Positions 40,641 through 50,725 of a stretch of 64,000 nucleotides of DNA are shown one piece after another. Location of the stretch: the NCBI GenBank assembly GCA_977017645.1, contig OZ360242.1:30194001-30258000 (forward strand), written 5' to 3'. Below the pieces are notes generated by a model, which saw only the letters and a program-made list of their open reading frames with translations, did no database searches and was not told the DNA's origin. The first letter of the stretch is position 1. Each line of letters opens with the position of its first letter. A program made the translations under genes and the position numbers. This stretch comes from Torpedo marmorata (lineage: Eukaryota).

Positions 40641-41625
40641 AGAGTTACAGAGTTATGCAGCACAGATACAGGCCCTTCGGTTCAACTTGTCCTCGCCGAC
40701 AAAGATGTCTTTCTGAGCAAGTCCCACTTGCCTGAATTTGGCCCATATCTCTCTAAATCTGTACCATCCACGTGCCTGTCCAAATGTCTTTAAAACATTG
40801 TAATTTCATCTGCCTCCACCACATCATCTGGCACCCTCTGTGAGAAATACTTCCCTCTTAAATCTTTTCCCTCTCCTGTTAAACCTATGTCTTCCAGCTA
40901 TAGACTCCCCCACCTGAGAAAAGACTGTGACCATCCATCCGTCATGCCCCTCATGATTTTATAAATTTCTATAAGATCACTCCTCAATGTCCCCTCTGCG
41001 GGATAAATAGACCCAGCCTATCCAGACTCTCCTTATAACTCAAACCCTCCAGTCCCTTATCAATCTTTTCTGCACCCTCTCTACCTTAATCACATCCTTC
41101 CCTCAGCAACCACACAGTGCTCCTGGTGCATTCTCACCAACATCTTGTACAGCTGTAACCTGACATCCCAAATCTCATACTCGTTGCCCCATCCAAAGAA
41201 GGCAAGCTTGCCAAATGCCCTTTTCACCACCTTGTTCAGCTGTGCCCCCACTTTCTGGAAATGGTGTACAGGTACTTGTAGCCCTGCGTCTCTCTTGTTT
41301 TACCACACTCCCCAGAGCCTGCCTTTTACTGTGTATGTCCTGCCCTTGTTTAACCTATGAAAATACATCACTTTGCACTTGTCCAAGTTAAATACCATCC
41401 GACACTCCTTGGTCCACTTTCCCAGTTGACCCAGATCCTATTGAAGCCACAGACAACCTTCTTCATTGTCCAACTCACCACCAATTTTGGTGTCATCTGC
41501 AAATTTACAAGTCATGCCACCTACATTCGCATCCAAATAGTTAAAAAGCAGCGGACCCAGCTCCAATCCCTGTGGTACATCTTTGGTCACAGGCTTCCAA
41601 TCTGGAAAACAACCCTTCACTGATC
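40641..41625 (-). mobile_element. Older degenerate 5'-truncated CR1 LINE
   Basis: DVPQGLELGP and KFADDTKIGG in ORF 41438..41620. CR1-type 3' end CCGAAGGGCCTGTATCTGTGCTG plus (TAACTCTG) tail. Confidence 0.9.
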
Positions 41626-42072
41626 CAAATATGTCTCCATTTGTCTAGTTAACCCTGGGTGCTGTATAATCTTAATTTCCAGACCATCTTACCATGAGGT
41701 GTATTTATGAAACTTGACTTTAAGCAGCAATGCTCAACCATTTTGTTACAAAGATAAAACTATTTGGCTTTTTCCATTTTATTATCAGTTTCTTTTTTGA
41801 TTTCTTCCTTTGATAGATTTCCAGCCCACTTTAAAAACTCTGCTTGACCTTATTTCAAAAGAAGCCAAAATTGCTTATGAACTGTGGTGGCTTCAGCAGG
41901 CTACTCATACAAAGTGGGATCCTCATATGTTGCTCACAGCCCAGTGCTGCTAGCAGAGATTGCAGTAGCCCTGGAGGGTTTTTTCATTTGGCCCTCACCA
42001 ACTTCCAAAGGTGCTGGGATCAGCTGCCTCAGCACGGATTGGAGCTCACATGGTTTAACAAGTTAAGTCACT

Positions 42073-42834
42073 AGGCCTTTTCACACCGCCAAAGTTTGGC
42101 GACCCTCCTAGGACCCGGGTAAAGTTCCCGGGAAGGCTGCACCTCCAGGGCCTTTCTCACCGCAGCCTTACTTACCTGGTAAATCGGCAACCGGACATTT
42201 TAAGGAGGGGTCCCGCCTCCAGTGATGACATCGCGAGTGATGCGTTACGCACTCAATGGCCGTCTTCATTACCCATAATCCCCCACGCAGCTGGAACCGC
42301 TCTGCCAGCGCCAAGGAAAAGCAGAGCGGTTCCAGCTGCGTGGGGGATTATAGGTAACGAAGACGGCCGTTGATCCCGAATTGAGCCGCCGTTGCTGCCG
42401 CCCTGAACGGGCCCGTTATTTTTTGATTTCACAGGAGCATTGAAAGCTACAGGTTTTGCAATTTTAAAATACTTTTAATATTGTGGTTTAGTTCCCTTTG
42501 GCATTGTTAAAGTAACATTTCTATTGTTGTATCTCTTATTTCTATTGTTATTTGACGGCTTGTCAGTCAGTCAGGGGTTTTATGTGACGCACGCACGCAG
42601 GCGCTGACGTCACTAATCTTACCAGGTAAGCCATTTGTGCTTTCACACCGCCAGAAGGCGATTGGCGGGTTAACTCGGCTGGGCTCCGAGAGTACCCCAT
42701 GACCAGGTCTCAGAGCCCGGTCGATTTTGACCTGCCTTGCCCAGTTGGGACGTTTCACACCGCACGATTACCGGGTAAGTTACCGGGTATATTGCCCGGT
42801 TAACCCACATGTACTCGGCGGTGTGAAAGGGCCT
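42073..42834. mobile_element. Non-autonomous TIR DNA transposon (MITE, PIF/Harbinger-like)
   Basis: Terminal inverted repeats (TIRs) AGGCCTTTTCACACCGCC / GGCGGTGTGAAAGGGCCT match 17/18. Flanked by ACT...ACT (or TA...TA if the TIR starts 1 nt inside). Internal TTTCACACCGC repeats; no ORF. Confidence 0.85.
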
Positions 42835-43008
42835 ACTTCATGAACTCAAAGTATCAATGCGATGGCAGAATGCTCAGAGAGCTTGGTTAGTCTCATTGGG
42901 CTCAATGGCCTCTTTCTATGTTGTAAGGAAATATAACATTTGTTGGAAATATTCTTTGTCTTAAATGACATTTGCTCTGTCATTTTTGGAGTAATGCAGT
43001 TTGCAGAT

Positions 43009-43588
43009 TATAGTGACTTCAATCCAACAATAGTCACTTGGAGGCTAGGTGAGATACTTGTTTTTGACGCATTTCAATTAATTTACTGACAAAGTCCTAT
43101 ATGTTCAAAAAACTTTATTTACACACGTGACTTGCAGCAATCTTCAATGACTTAAATATCTTCTTTAAACAAAATAAACAGTTCTTGATAACGAGGTTTA
43201 ATATATTCCTTTAAACGATTCCTTTGATTGTATTTAGACGTTCAATGTAATGACTTTAAACCATCAATGAAACAAGTTTAAATGTTCAATGAAACGGTCA
43301 ATAAAAGATATGGTGATCTCACTCACCCTCCTCTAAGCTGCCATCTTTTTCCAATACTTTTTCCCGATTCGCGCATGCTCAATACGCATATCCCACCACG
43401 CACACTCCACCGCGCACACTCCACCGCGCACACTGCCGTCAATTCCAAACTGCGCATGCGCCCGTCGGCACTCTAGCGCATGCGCAGAGTACTAAATAGG
43501 CCTAGCACGGCCTACAAACACCGCGACTCCTCCGTAACCCGCCGAGAACATCGGAGCGCCGCGACCAAGGTAAGTAATCAAGCCTACA
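43009..43588 (-). repeat. 3' LTR
   Basis: Minus strand TGTAGGCTTG...GTCACTATA. About 15 substitutions and 4 indels relative to 48252-48835 (~97%, counted by eye). Confidence 0.95.
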
Positions 43589-43784
43589 CCGGCCCCTAAT
43601 TATTATAATTAGACGCAATGTCTTAAATAATAATTACACATCAATTAAAAATAACAATAACCATAACATTCAAACAATATACAATTCTTCTTTCTTCTTA
43701 AGACCAGAGTTTACCATAACTCTGAATCAACAAAAGTCTGTACCTGTGAAATATACGACAACAAATAAAGTCAGTTTGTATTTA

Positions 43785-43967
43785 TCAAAGTTCCTCCGTC
43801 TCCAACAGAAGGCAGACCTTGTTAATGGGTCTATTTAGAAAGCCAGTCTTAGTTCTAATTCGAACTTGACGCACAAGTCCCCTTTTGTCCTGAATAGTCT
43901 CAATAATTTTTCCAAGTAACCAGAAGTTTCCTGGAGTTGAATCGTTCACAATAATTACAGAGTCTCC
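43785..43967 (-). pseudogene. BEL/Pao polyprotein C-terminal remnant (post-integrase, DUF5641-like)
   Basis: My translation: GDSVIIVNDSTPGNFWLLGKIIETIQDKRGLVRQVRIRTKTGFLNRPINKVCLLLETEEL*. Confidence 0.85.
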
Positions 43968-44344
43968 TCAAAGTTCTTTTATCTCCAGAATCTTTGAGTT
44001 AAACCGTCGACCAGTAAACCTCAAATCTTCCTCAGACAAAATAGATACAGTTTTTCTTAACACGAGGCGCTTCTTCAGCATGTCGTTTTACTTTATTTCT
44101 TTCTTCAGTATTCCACTTCTCACGTGAAGAATTTAAACTCTTAGAACTAGAATTTGAATATTTATCTGATCCTTTCGATTTTAATAAACGAGTCTCTTTA
44201 ACCACTGGTTTCTATTGCCTTTTCCTGCAATTCCAAATCCAATTTTGCAACTTTCAATTCAGTCTCAGTTCCTTCCGAGAAATTAATAACTTGATCTGAA
44301 ATCAAAATATTATGTGATACTTTGATATTTCTATTGTCAACCCT

Positions 44345-44652
44345 GCTGTGGTAAACTTGAAATTTTTGAATTTATTCATCTTGCTTGTTACATTTCTGCA
44401 ATGCAATATCACTTTCTTTCTGCATTGTTAATAGCTGAACATTCAATTTACAATCTTGATTGTTTTTTGTAATCAACTGTTTTGTGTTATTAACCAATAA
44501 CTTGTTCTCTTTCAATATATTAATCTCTTCAACCTTTTACATTTTGATAATGCTGAATCTCTTTCCTCAATAACTGTATTCATTTCTTCAGCAGTTATTC
44601 TTTTCTTCCGCTTTCTGACTTTGCGAGTTTTACTTACAATTAAATCTTTCTG
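44345..44652 (-). pseudogene. MIPOL1: Captured MIPOL1-like coiled-coil fragment inside the LTR element (one frameshift, one stop)
   Basis: KKRITAEEMNTVIEERDSALSKCKRL / EEINILKENKLLVNNTKQLITKNNQDCKLNVQLLTMQKESDIALQKCNKQDE*IQKFQVYHS aligns with recalled MIPOL1 KMRITAEEMSALIEERDAALSKCKRLEQELHHVKEQNQTSANNMRHLTAENNQERALKAKLLSMQQARETAVQQYKKLEEEIQTLRVYYS. Confidence 0.8.
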
Positions 44653-44783
44653 TTTACTGTTTTCATGATTATCTAATATTTCCAATTCCCCTTTCAACAT
44701 TTTGTTCTCTGAATTCAATTGCATTAAATTATCATTCACATTCTTCTTTATTCCATCAGCACAATTTCTTGTGTTCTCCAGTT

Positions 44784-46046
44784 TTACATCACATTGCAAT
44801 ATTTCTTCATTGACTTTGCTGTAACCTCCGAACTACAAAATCTACTTTCAAATTTGTTTTCAGTCACTTGTTTTATTCCTATATCTGATTCAATTACACA
44901 GGAATAATCACTAGTATTATTTGAAACATCTTCTAATACTTCATTTTTATCCATTTCTGATGAACATAATTCCTTCAATGTTGTTTTAAATACCTTTGAT
45001 TTATTTTCACATTGATCTGTTTTCTTTTCTTCAAAAGTGATTTTCTTATACACATTTTTTTGCTCTTCCCTGAACTCATCAACTTTCACAACCAAAATCC
45101 TGTTAATATTTATCGCTAACTGTTCCTGAGCAATATCATTATTTCTTTCCAATGGTCTATTGATTGTCCAACCAAGCTTGGTTCTAATAGCGTAAGGTCC
45201 ATTCCTTCTACTCTGTATTACTTCTAGTGGTTCCAAAACCTTTGGCACATCTGAACCAATCAGCATTTCTATCTCAGAATTAATTTCAGGTAAATAAACC
45301 TTCCACAGATAAGCTAAATGATGGATATCATTTTGATGAGGAATATTTCCTTCATGTACAGGCATAGTCTTCTGAGTATATAACATTGGAAGATCACAAA
45401 ATTTTTTGTCATCCAATCCAGCAACCTCTAAGCCTGAAACAATGCTGGTTTCAACTACCTTTTCTTGTCCCATGGTTTTTAACATAATTCTTGACCTTCT
45501 TCCTTGAATATTAAGTTTGTTCATTAGTCCTTCTGTGCAAAAAGATGCAGTGCTGCCTGGGTCTAGAAATGCATATGTATGTACTGTTGCATCCCCTTTC
45601 TTGGTGTTGACTTGTACAGGCACTATCGAAAGTTTGCAGTTATCTATACCAGCCCCGGTAAGACCACTTGTCTGAACCGAGGTTATAACATTATTTTCTG
45701 TTGTTTCCTTTGTTTCTGTTTGCTCCTTTTCCAATTCCTTGTTTCTTTGATGGATATGCAAAATTCTAGGATGTTTCAAATTGCATATGTTACAATTAAT
45801 TCGCTTCTCGCAGTTTTTACTGATGTGCCCTTTACACAGATAGCTAAAACATATTCCATTTTCCTTTAAGAAAGCGATCTTCTCATTATGTTCCTTCTTT
45901 TCCAATCGTAAACACATTTCCAAAGCATGTCCACCTTTAGAGAACAAACAACTCTTTTCATTAGGCAAACTTTCCTTTTCCTTATTTACTTTGTCCTTTT
46001 CTTTATTTATAACTGACACATTAGTAGCAAAAGTACTCCTTTTCAA
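44784..46046 (-). pseudogene. BEL/Pao Gag Cys-His knuckles and aspartic protease, followed by non-RT sequence
   Basis: CFSYLCKGHISKNC, CNICNLKHPRILH, protease YAFLDPGSTASF, LIGSD and PYAIRTKLGW. Confidence 0.9.
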
Positions 46047-46053
46047 TTTCGGA

Positions 46054-47058
46054 CTAGTCTGAGTTAGACCTCCTTACATCTTTGCCCATTGAATTGTCTC
46101 TGGTATTTCCATATATTGGATCTGTTTCAATGTACACCTGTCGTTCAAGAAAATTTACCAAATCCTTTAAGGTAGCTCTTCGACTGTAATTTTCTTGTAA
46201 ATCACAAGCCAAATTTCTCCATCTATCCCACAACTTGTAAGGTAATTTTTCTAAGATGATTCGCATATTACCAGGCACTTCAAGCTCACGAATATTATCG
46301 ATATCTTCCATGGCATTACAACATCCACTTAAAAATAGAGTATATTCTTGTAGCGCCTTTACATCATTCTGTTTTATTGATGTCCATTTAAGAGCTTTAT
46401 CCATATAAGCTAAAGCAATTCGATGCTTGTTGCCAAAATGTTGTTCAAGTAAAGTCTTAGCTCTGTCTAATCCTCTTTCTGAGGACATATGTTGACAACT
46501 TTTTACAAGTTCTTTTGGATGTCCCTTTGTGAACATTTCCAAATAATAAAGACATTCATCACGATCTTGGCATTTATTTTCAATATTGCGTTTGAAACAT
46601 CTCATAAATGATTGGTACTGAAGTGGATCACCATTAAAAGTTTGTATCTCTTTCTTGGGTAAAGAAGAGAGAGACTGTAACTGAATCAATGATGCAGCAA
46701 TTTCATTTTGTCTTCCCTTGGATGACAATACATTGCTCTGTTCACCGCCTCTTGTTACAGGTAATGTATCTGGAAACCTCACTGGTGTAGTTTCTTCCAT
46801 ATTTTTGATGCTTGACTCAAATAACAAGGAAGCTGCATCGTTCGACCGAACCCATGCCGCAGCTTTGTCTTCATGTGTTATCACTGGTACATGTGACTCG
46901 ATACCAATTTGCTCTTGAAGGATTTGTCCTTGTATTTTCAAGTTTTGTACCCCTGTTTCTAAAATATCTACTCTTTTGGTTGGTTTCTTTTCCTGTGACT
47001 CTTTTTTTAAAATGTGACCTTTTATTATCAGACACTTTGGATAATTTACTTTGAGCAC
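46054..47058 (-). pseudogene. BEL/Pao Gag capsid-like region (DUF1759-type)
   Basis: LPKKEIQTFNGDPLQYQSF...LYYLEMFTKG.PKELV...ILEKLPYKLWDRW...LVNFLERQ...DPIYG is typical of fish BEL gag. Confidence 0.9.
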
Positions 47059-47791
47059 CAGATACTATTGAGCCTTCTATTGCTTTCTTTCTGGCTATGG
47101 CAATAGCAATATCTGTTTTCAGCTCATGCTGCTCTTTTCTCTTTCTTAGCTGCTCTTGTCTCTTCCTTAGCTGTTGGCTTTGTCTTAGCTGCTCCTCCTG
47201 TTGTCTCTGCCTTAGCTGTTCCTTTTGTTCTCTTAGTTCCTCCTCCTGTTCTTCTAAAATATGTTTATCCTTAAGAGAATTTTGTTGTGCAAGAAGAGCG
47301 GCCAATTTAACATCAATCATTGTATGTGACGATGCAGAACTTGAAGTACGAGAAACTCTGGAGCTCGAACCAGAACTTCATTTGCTTCTCCTGCTTTCAG
47401 CATTTGAGACACTGTCACTTGCTTGTATTTTGTCCTGCACATCATATGTTGTCTTCATACTTACCTCCTTCACAAATTCGAATGGTACATCCTTTGCATC
47501 TTCATCCTCTTCATTTTCTTCATCCTCTTCATTTGGTGACACAATTTCAGCCATTTCTACATTATCTTCTTGTTCATCTAACAAAGCCGCCTCTTCTTCC
47601 TTTGCCTGCTTCAATCTTGTGATGAGAACCTTTTTATTTCCACTTATATCTTTTCTCAGTCGCTTCAATTCTTTTTTAATATCCGCAACCTTCATGTCTT
47701 CAATACGTTGGTCCTTAACAGTAACATCAGCGGTTGCTGTGTCAGCTGCTGATACATCAGTGGCTACTACATCAGCGGCTGTTGCGGCCAT
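46871..47791 (-). pseudogene. Gag N-terminus: SAP domain, acidic tract, Ser-rich segment and coiled coil (one in-frame TGA at 47378-47380)
   Basis: ORFs 47378..47878 and 46871..47320 share a frame. Likely start ATG at 47791 (AAAATGGCC). SAP motif at 47600-47704; BEL-like SDSVSN and KDKHILEEQEE motifs. Confidence 0.8.
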
Positions 47792-48251
47792 TTTACTCGT
47801 CTTGTTCCACTGTCCTTCAAGCATACACAACACTAGCCAAATCAACATTTCCCAATGGACTAGCGGCAGCAAATCCAATCTGTGTTTTAACTTGCCAAAG
47901 ATACACAGAAGGAGTCCACAGACTTATATGCCTACCACTTCAGATGACTGTAATGTGCTGCTATTCACAAACGAGTTTCAACCACAACATCCGTCAATAA
48001 TATCGCTGATTTTCCAAAAATGGTTTCTCCAACGTATTTATAGTACACTTTACTATAAGATTTGAAGCTTTAAATCCCTCTCTGGCTGTTACTCATGGCA
48101 GATGGATGTGGATTACAAACTGCCCCCAACTCGAGGCATCTCCAAGATGGCCACCATTTTATTTTAAATATCAGTCCAAAGCACAGAGAGGTTATTCTAT
48201 CTTCTTTCCTTCAATTTTCTGTTCCAAACATCCACTTTTATTGACTAATTA

Positions 48252-48835
48252 TATAGTGACTTCAATCCAACAATAGTCACTTGGAGGCTAGGTGAGATAC
48301 TTGTTTTTGACGCATTTCAATTTATTTACTGACAAAGTCCGATATGTTCAAAAAACTTTATTTACACACGTGACTTGCAGCAATCTTCAATGAGTTAAAT
48401 ATCTTCTTTAAACGAAATAAACAGTTCTTGATAACGAGGTTTAATATATTCCTTTAAACGATTCCTTTGATTGTATTTAGACGTTCAATGTAATGACTTT
48501 AAATGACTTTAAACCATCAATGAAAGAGTTTAAATGTTCAATGAAACGGTCAATAAAAGATATGGCGATCTCACTCACCCTCCTCTAAGCCGCCATCTTT
48601 TTCCAATACTTTTTCCTGATTCGCGCATGCTCAATACGCATATCCCACCGCGCACGCTCCACCGCGCACACTGCCGTCAATTCCCAACTGCGCATGCGCC
48701 CGTCGGCACTCTAGCGCATGCGCAGAGTACTAAATAGGCCTAGCATGGCCTACAAACACCGCGACTCCTCCGTAAACTGCCAAGAACATCGGAGCGCCGC
48801 GACCAAGGTAAGTAATCAAGCCTACGGCTCTTACA
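48252..48835 (-). repeat. 5' LTR
   Basis: Minus strand TGTAAGAGCCGTAGGCTTG...GTCACTATA; direct repeat of 43009-43588; two GCGCATGCGC (NRF1-type) motifs. Confidence 0.95.
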
Positions 48836-48951
48836 CAGATAGAGGAGCAATTAAAAGCACACCTCTGCCTTTAACAGTATACATACAGTATGTACTGTAT
48901 ATACCTGTATCCTGGGAAACAAATCAATTAATTTCATTTCAAATTGATGAT

Positions 48952-49065
48952 TTCTGAAAGGTCACTGACCTGAAATATTGTTTCTCTCTCCACAGACGCT
49001 GGCTGACATGCTGAGTATTTCTATTATTTTCTAATTTGATTTCAAGTTTCAAGCCTTTGCAGATT
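48952..49065 (+). mobile_element. Penelope-like short repeat fragment
   Basis: GAAAGGTCACTGACCTGAAA...CACAGACGCTGGCTGACATGCTGAGT. Confidence 0.6.
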
Positions 49066-50117
49066 TTTTCCCTTTTGATTCCAGTAATTTTCAAGTTATT
49101 TTCAGAATATGCCCTGCATTAAGAATCCTCCAAAATTTTCAATGGGAAATTTATTTCTAAAAGTCCCCTGCAGCACCATAGTATGAGTGTGGATCTGGGA
49201 CTTTTGTAAAGTTTAATTTATTTTAATGTTGGGCTCTTTTGTCAAGAACAAGTTCTATGATATGCCATTAACTATTTAAACCATCCCAGAGCAATTCAAA
49301 GGTGTTACGCATAGGTTAGAATGATACTGAGCCACTCAGGGATATATGTCAGGTTTTAATGAGGAGGAGAAGCAGAGCAGTGAAGAACTCAGGGAGGGAA
49401 TTCAAAGCTTGTAGCCTTAAAAATGTAAGGCATCACTCTGAACACTGGGGAAGGAAGCCCAGTAATACTCTGGTTTGATCCAATTTGATGAAAGGCAAAA
49501 AAGGTGAAGGGACAAAAGAGTCTATTATGATTTTTACACAGACTTCGCGGGATTTTACAGTTATGAAGAGTCTCTGATATCCTGGCATTGGTCGTTCACA
49601 CAGGAACGACCAAAACTGCAAATCTCTGTTTCTGTCCGCGATTTTAGACAGCATACCGGCATTCCGCAAATAAAAGGGGCGGGACGTGTAACTCAACAGC
49701 GTCGACGTCTGCGTCTAATGTCACGTTTAACATACCGTATTTGACGGCATGTTAGACCCACTTGTTTTTCCCAAAAAATGGCTCAAAAATATTCCCCTGG
49801 TTTTATATGCCAGGTTGAAATTAGGGTGATAATGGTGAGTAACGCTGTCGGTCCCCGCACTGCTCATTGTTGTGTTGATAAAGTGTCAGGTCCGTGAGAG
49901 ACGAGTCTGGACACAAGGGTTTGCTATCAAACGTTACTTTTATTAAAACACAACAATTAATAGAAAGCGTGGGAATATGCACAATAAGTGTACAATATGA
50001 AAGAGCGTGGGAAAAAATGCGCACAATTTAATAAGACATACGCACACAATGTATAAAGGAGCGTGGGAATAATGCTTTGTGATTGCCCTCACAATCTGGC
50101 AGACCTAGTGTCAAATC

Positions 50118-50519
50118 TAGGGTTAGGGTTAGGGTTCAGGTTAGTTTGTCAATATGCAGGCAGCAGGATAATCATCCCTCTTGTGTTCACTGGTCTCCTC
50201 TCTCAGAGGTTCTGTGTCACTATAAACTGCCACTTTTGGTTGGCCCATGCTTTCATTACCCTGTGCCTGTTTCTAGCTCTTAGTGGGATCAGTTGTGCAT
50301 TTTGATATGTCCTGGGGTAAGTTTATTGTCTGCATAGTGGGTGACCTTATATTCACATGTTAGGGTTAGGGTAAGGTGTGGGATTTTGGATAGGGTTAGG
50401 GTTAGGGCTATGGTTGGGGTTCTGGTTAGGGTTAGGCGTGGGGTTCAGGTTAGGATTAGGCGTGGGGTTAGGGTTAGGGTTAATGATAGGGTTAGGGTTA
50501 GTGTTAGGGTTAGGGTTAG
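50118..50519 (+). repeat. Interstitial telomere-like (TTAGGG)n arrays, degenerate
   Basis: Short array at 50118-50143 and a longer degenerate array at ~50360-50519. Confidence 0.9.
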
Positions 50520-50538
50520 CGACCCACAGCAACAGAAA

Positions 50539-50725
50539 GCAGGCAGCGAACCGCTGGGACAGAGCGGGACAGCGGACTGCGGGAGAGAACAGGCAGCGGA
50601 CCGCCGGGACAGCGGGCTGCGGGAGAGAGCAGGCAGCGGACTGCCGGGACAGAGCGGGACAGCGGGCTGCGGGAGAGAGCAGGCAGCGGACCGCCGGGAC
50701 AGCGGGCCGCGGGAGAGCAGGCAGC
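50539..50725. repeat. GC-rich minisatellite with alternating 50- and 40-bp units
   Basis: Units at 50539-50588, 50589-50628, 50629-50678 and 50679-50716, plus a partial unit. Confidence 0.9.

Larger units (their letters stand above)
43009..48835 (-). mobile_element. Full-length non-autonomous BEL/Pao LTR retrotransposon with captured SAP and MIPOL1-like modules
   Basis: Two ~580-bp LTRs, 5-bp TSD CAGAT (43004-43008 and 48836-48840), BEL-type gag, Cys-His knuckles, protease, integrase C-terminal remnant, and PPT-like ATTAGGGGCCGG next to the 3' LTR. Confidence 0.95.

Noticed and set aside
44345-44652. Real MIPOL1 host exon at this locus
   Set aside because: It lies between paired LTRs, has a frameshift and a stop, and lacks splice sites. 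It is element cargo, not the host gene.
47097-48065. 322-aa plus-strand Ser/Cys/Leu-rich ORF
   Set aside because: Antisense shadow of the Glu/Lys/Gln-rich Gag N-terminus.
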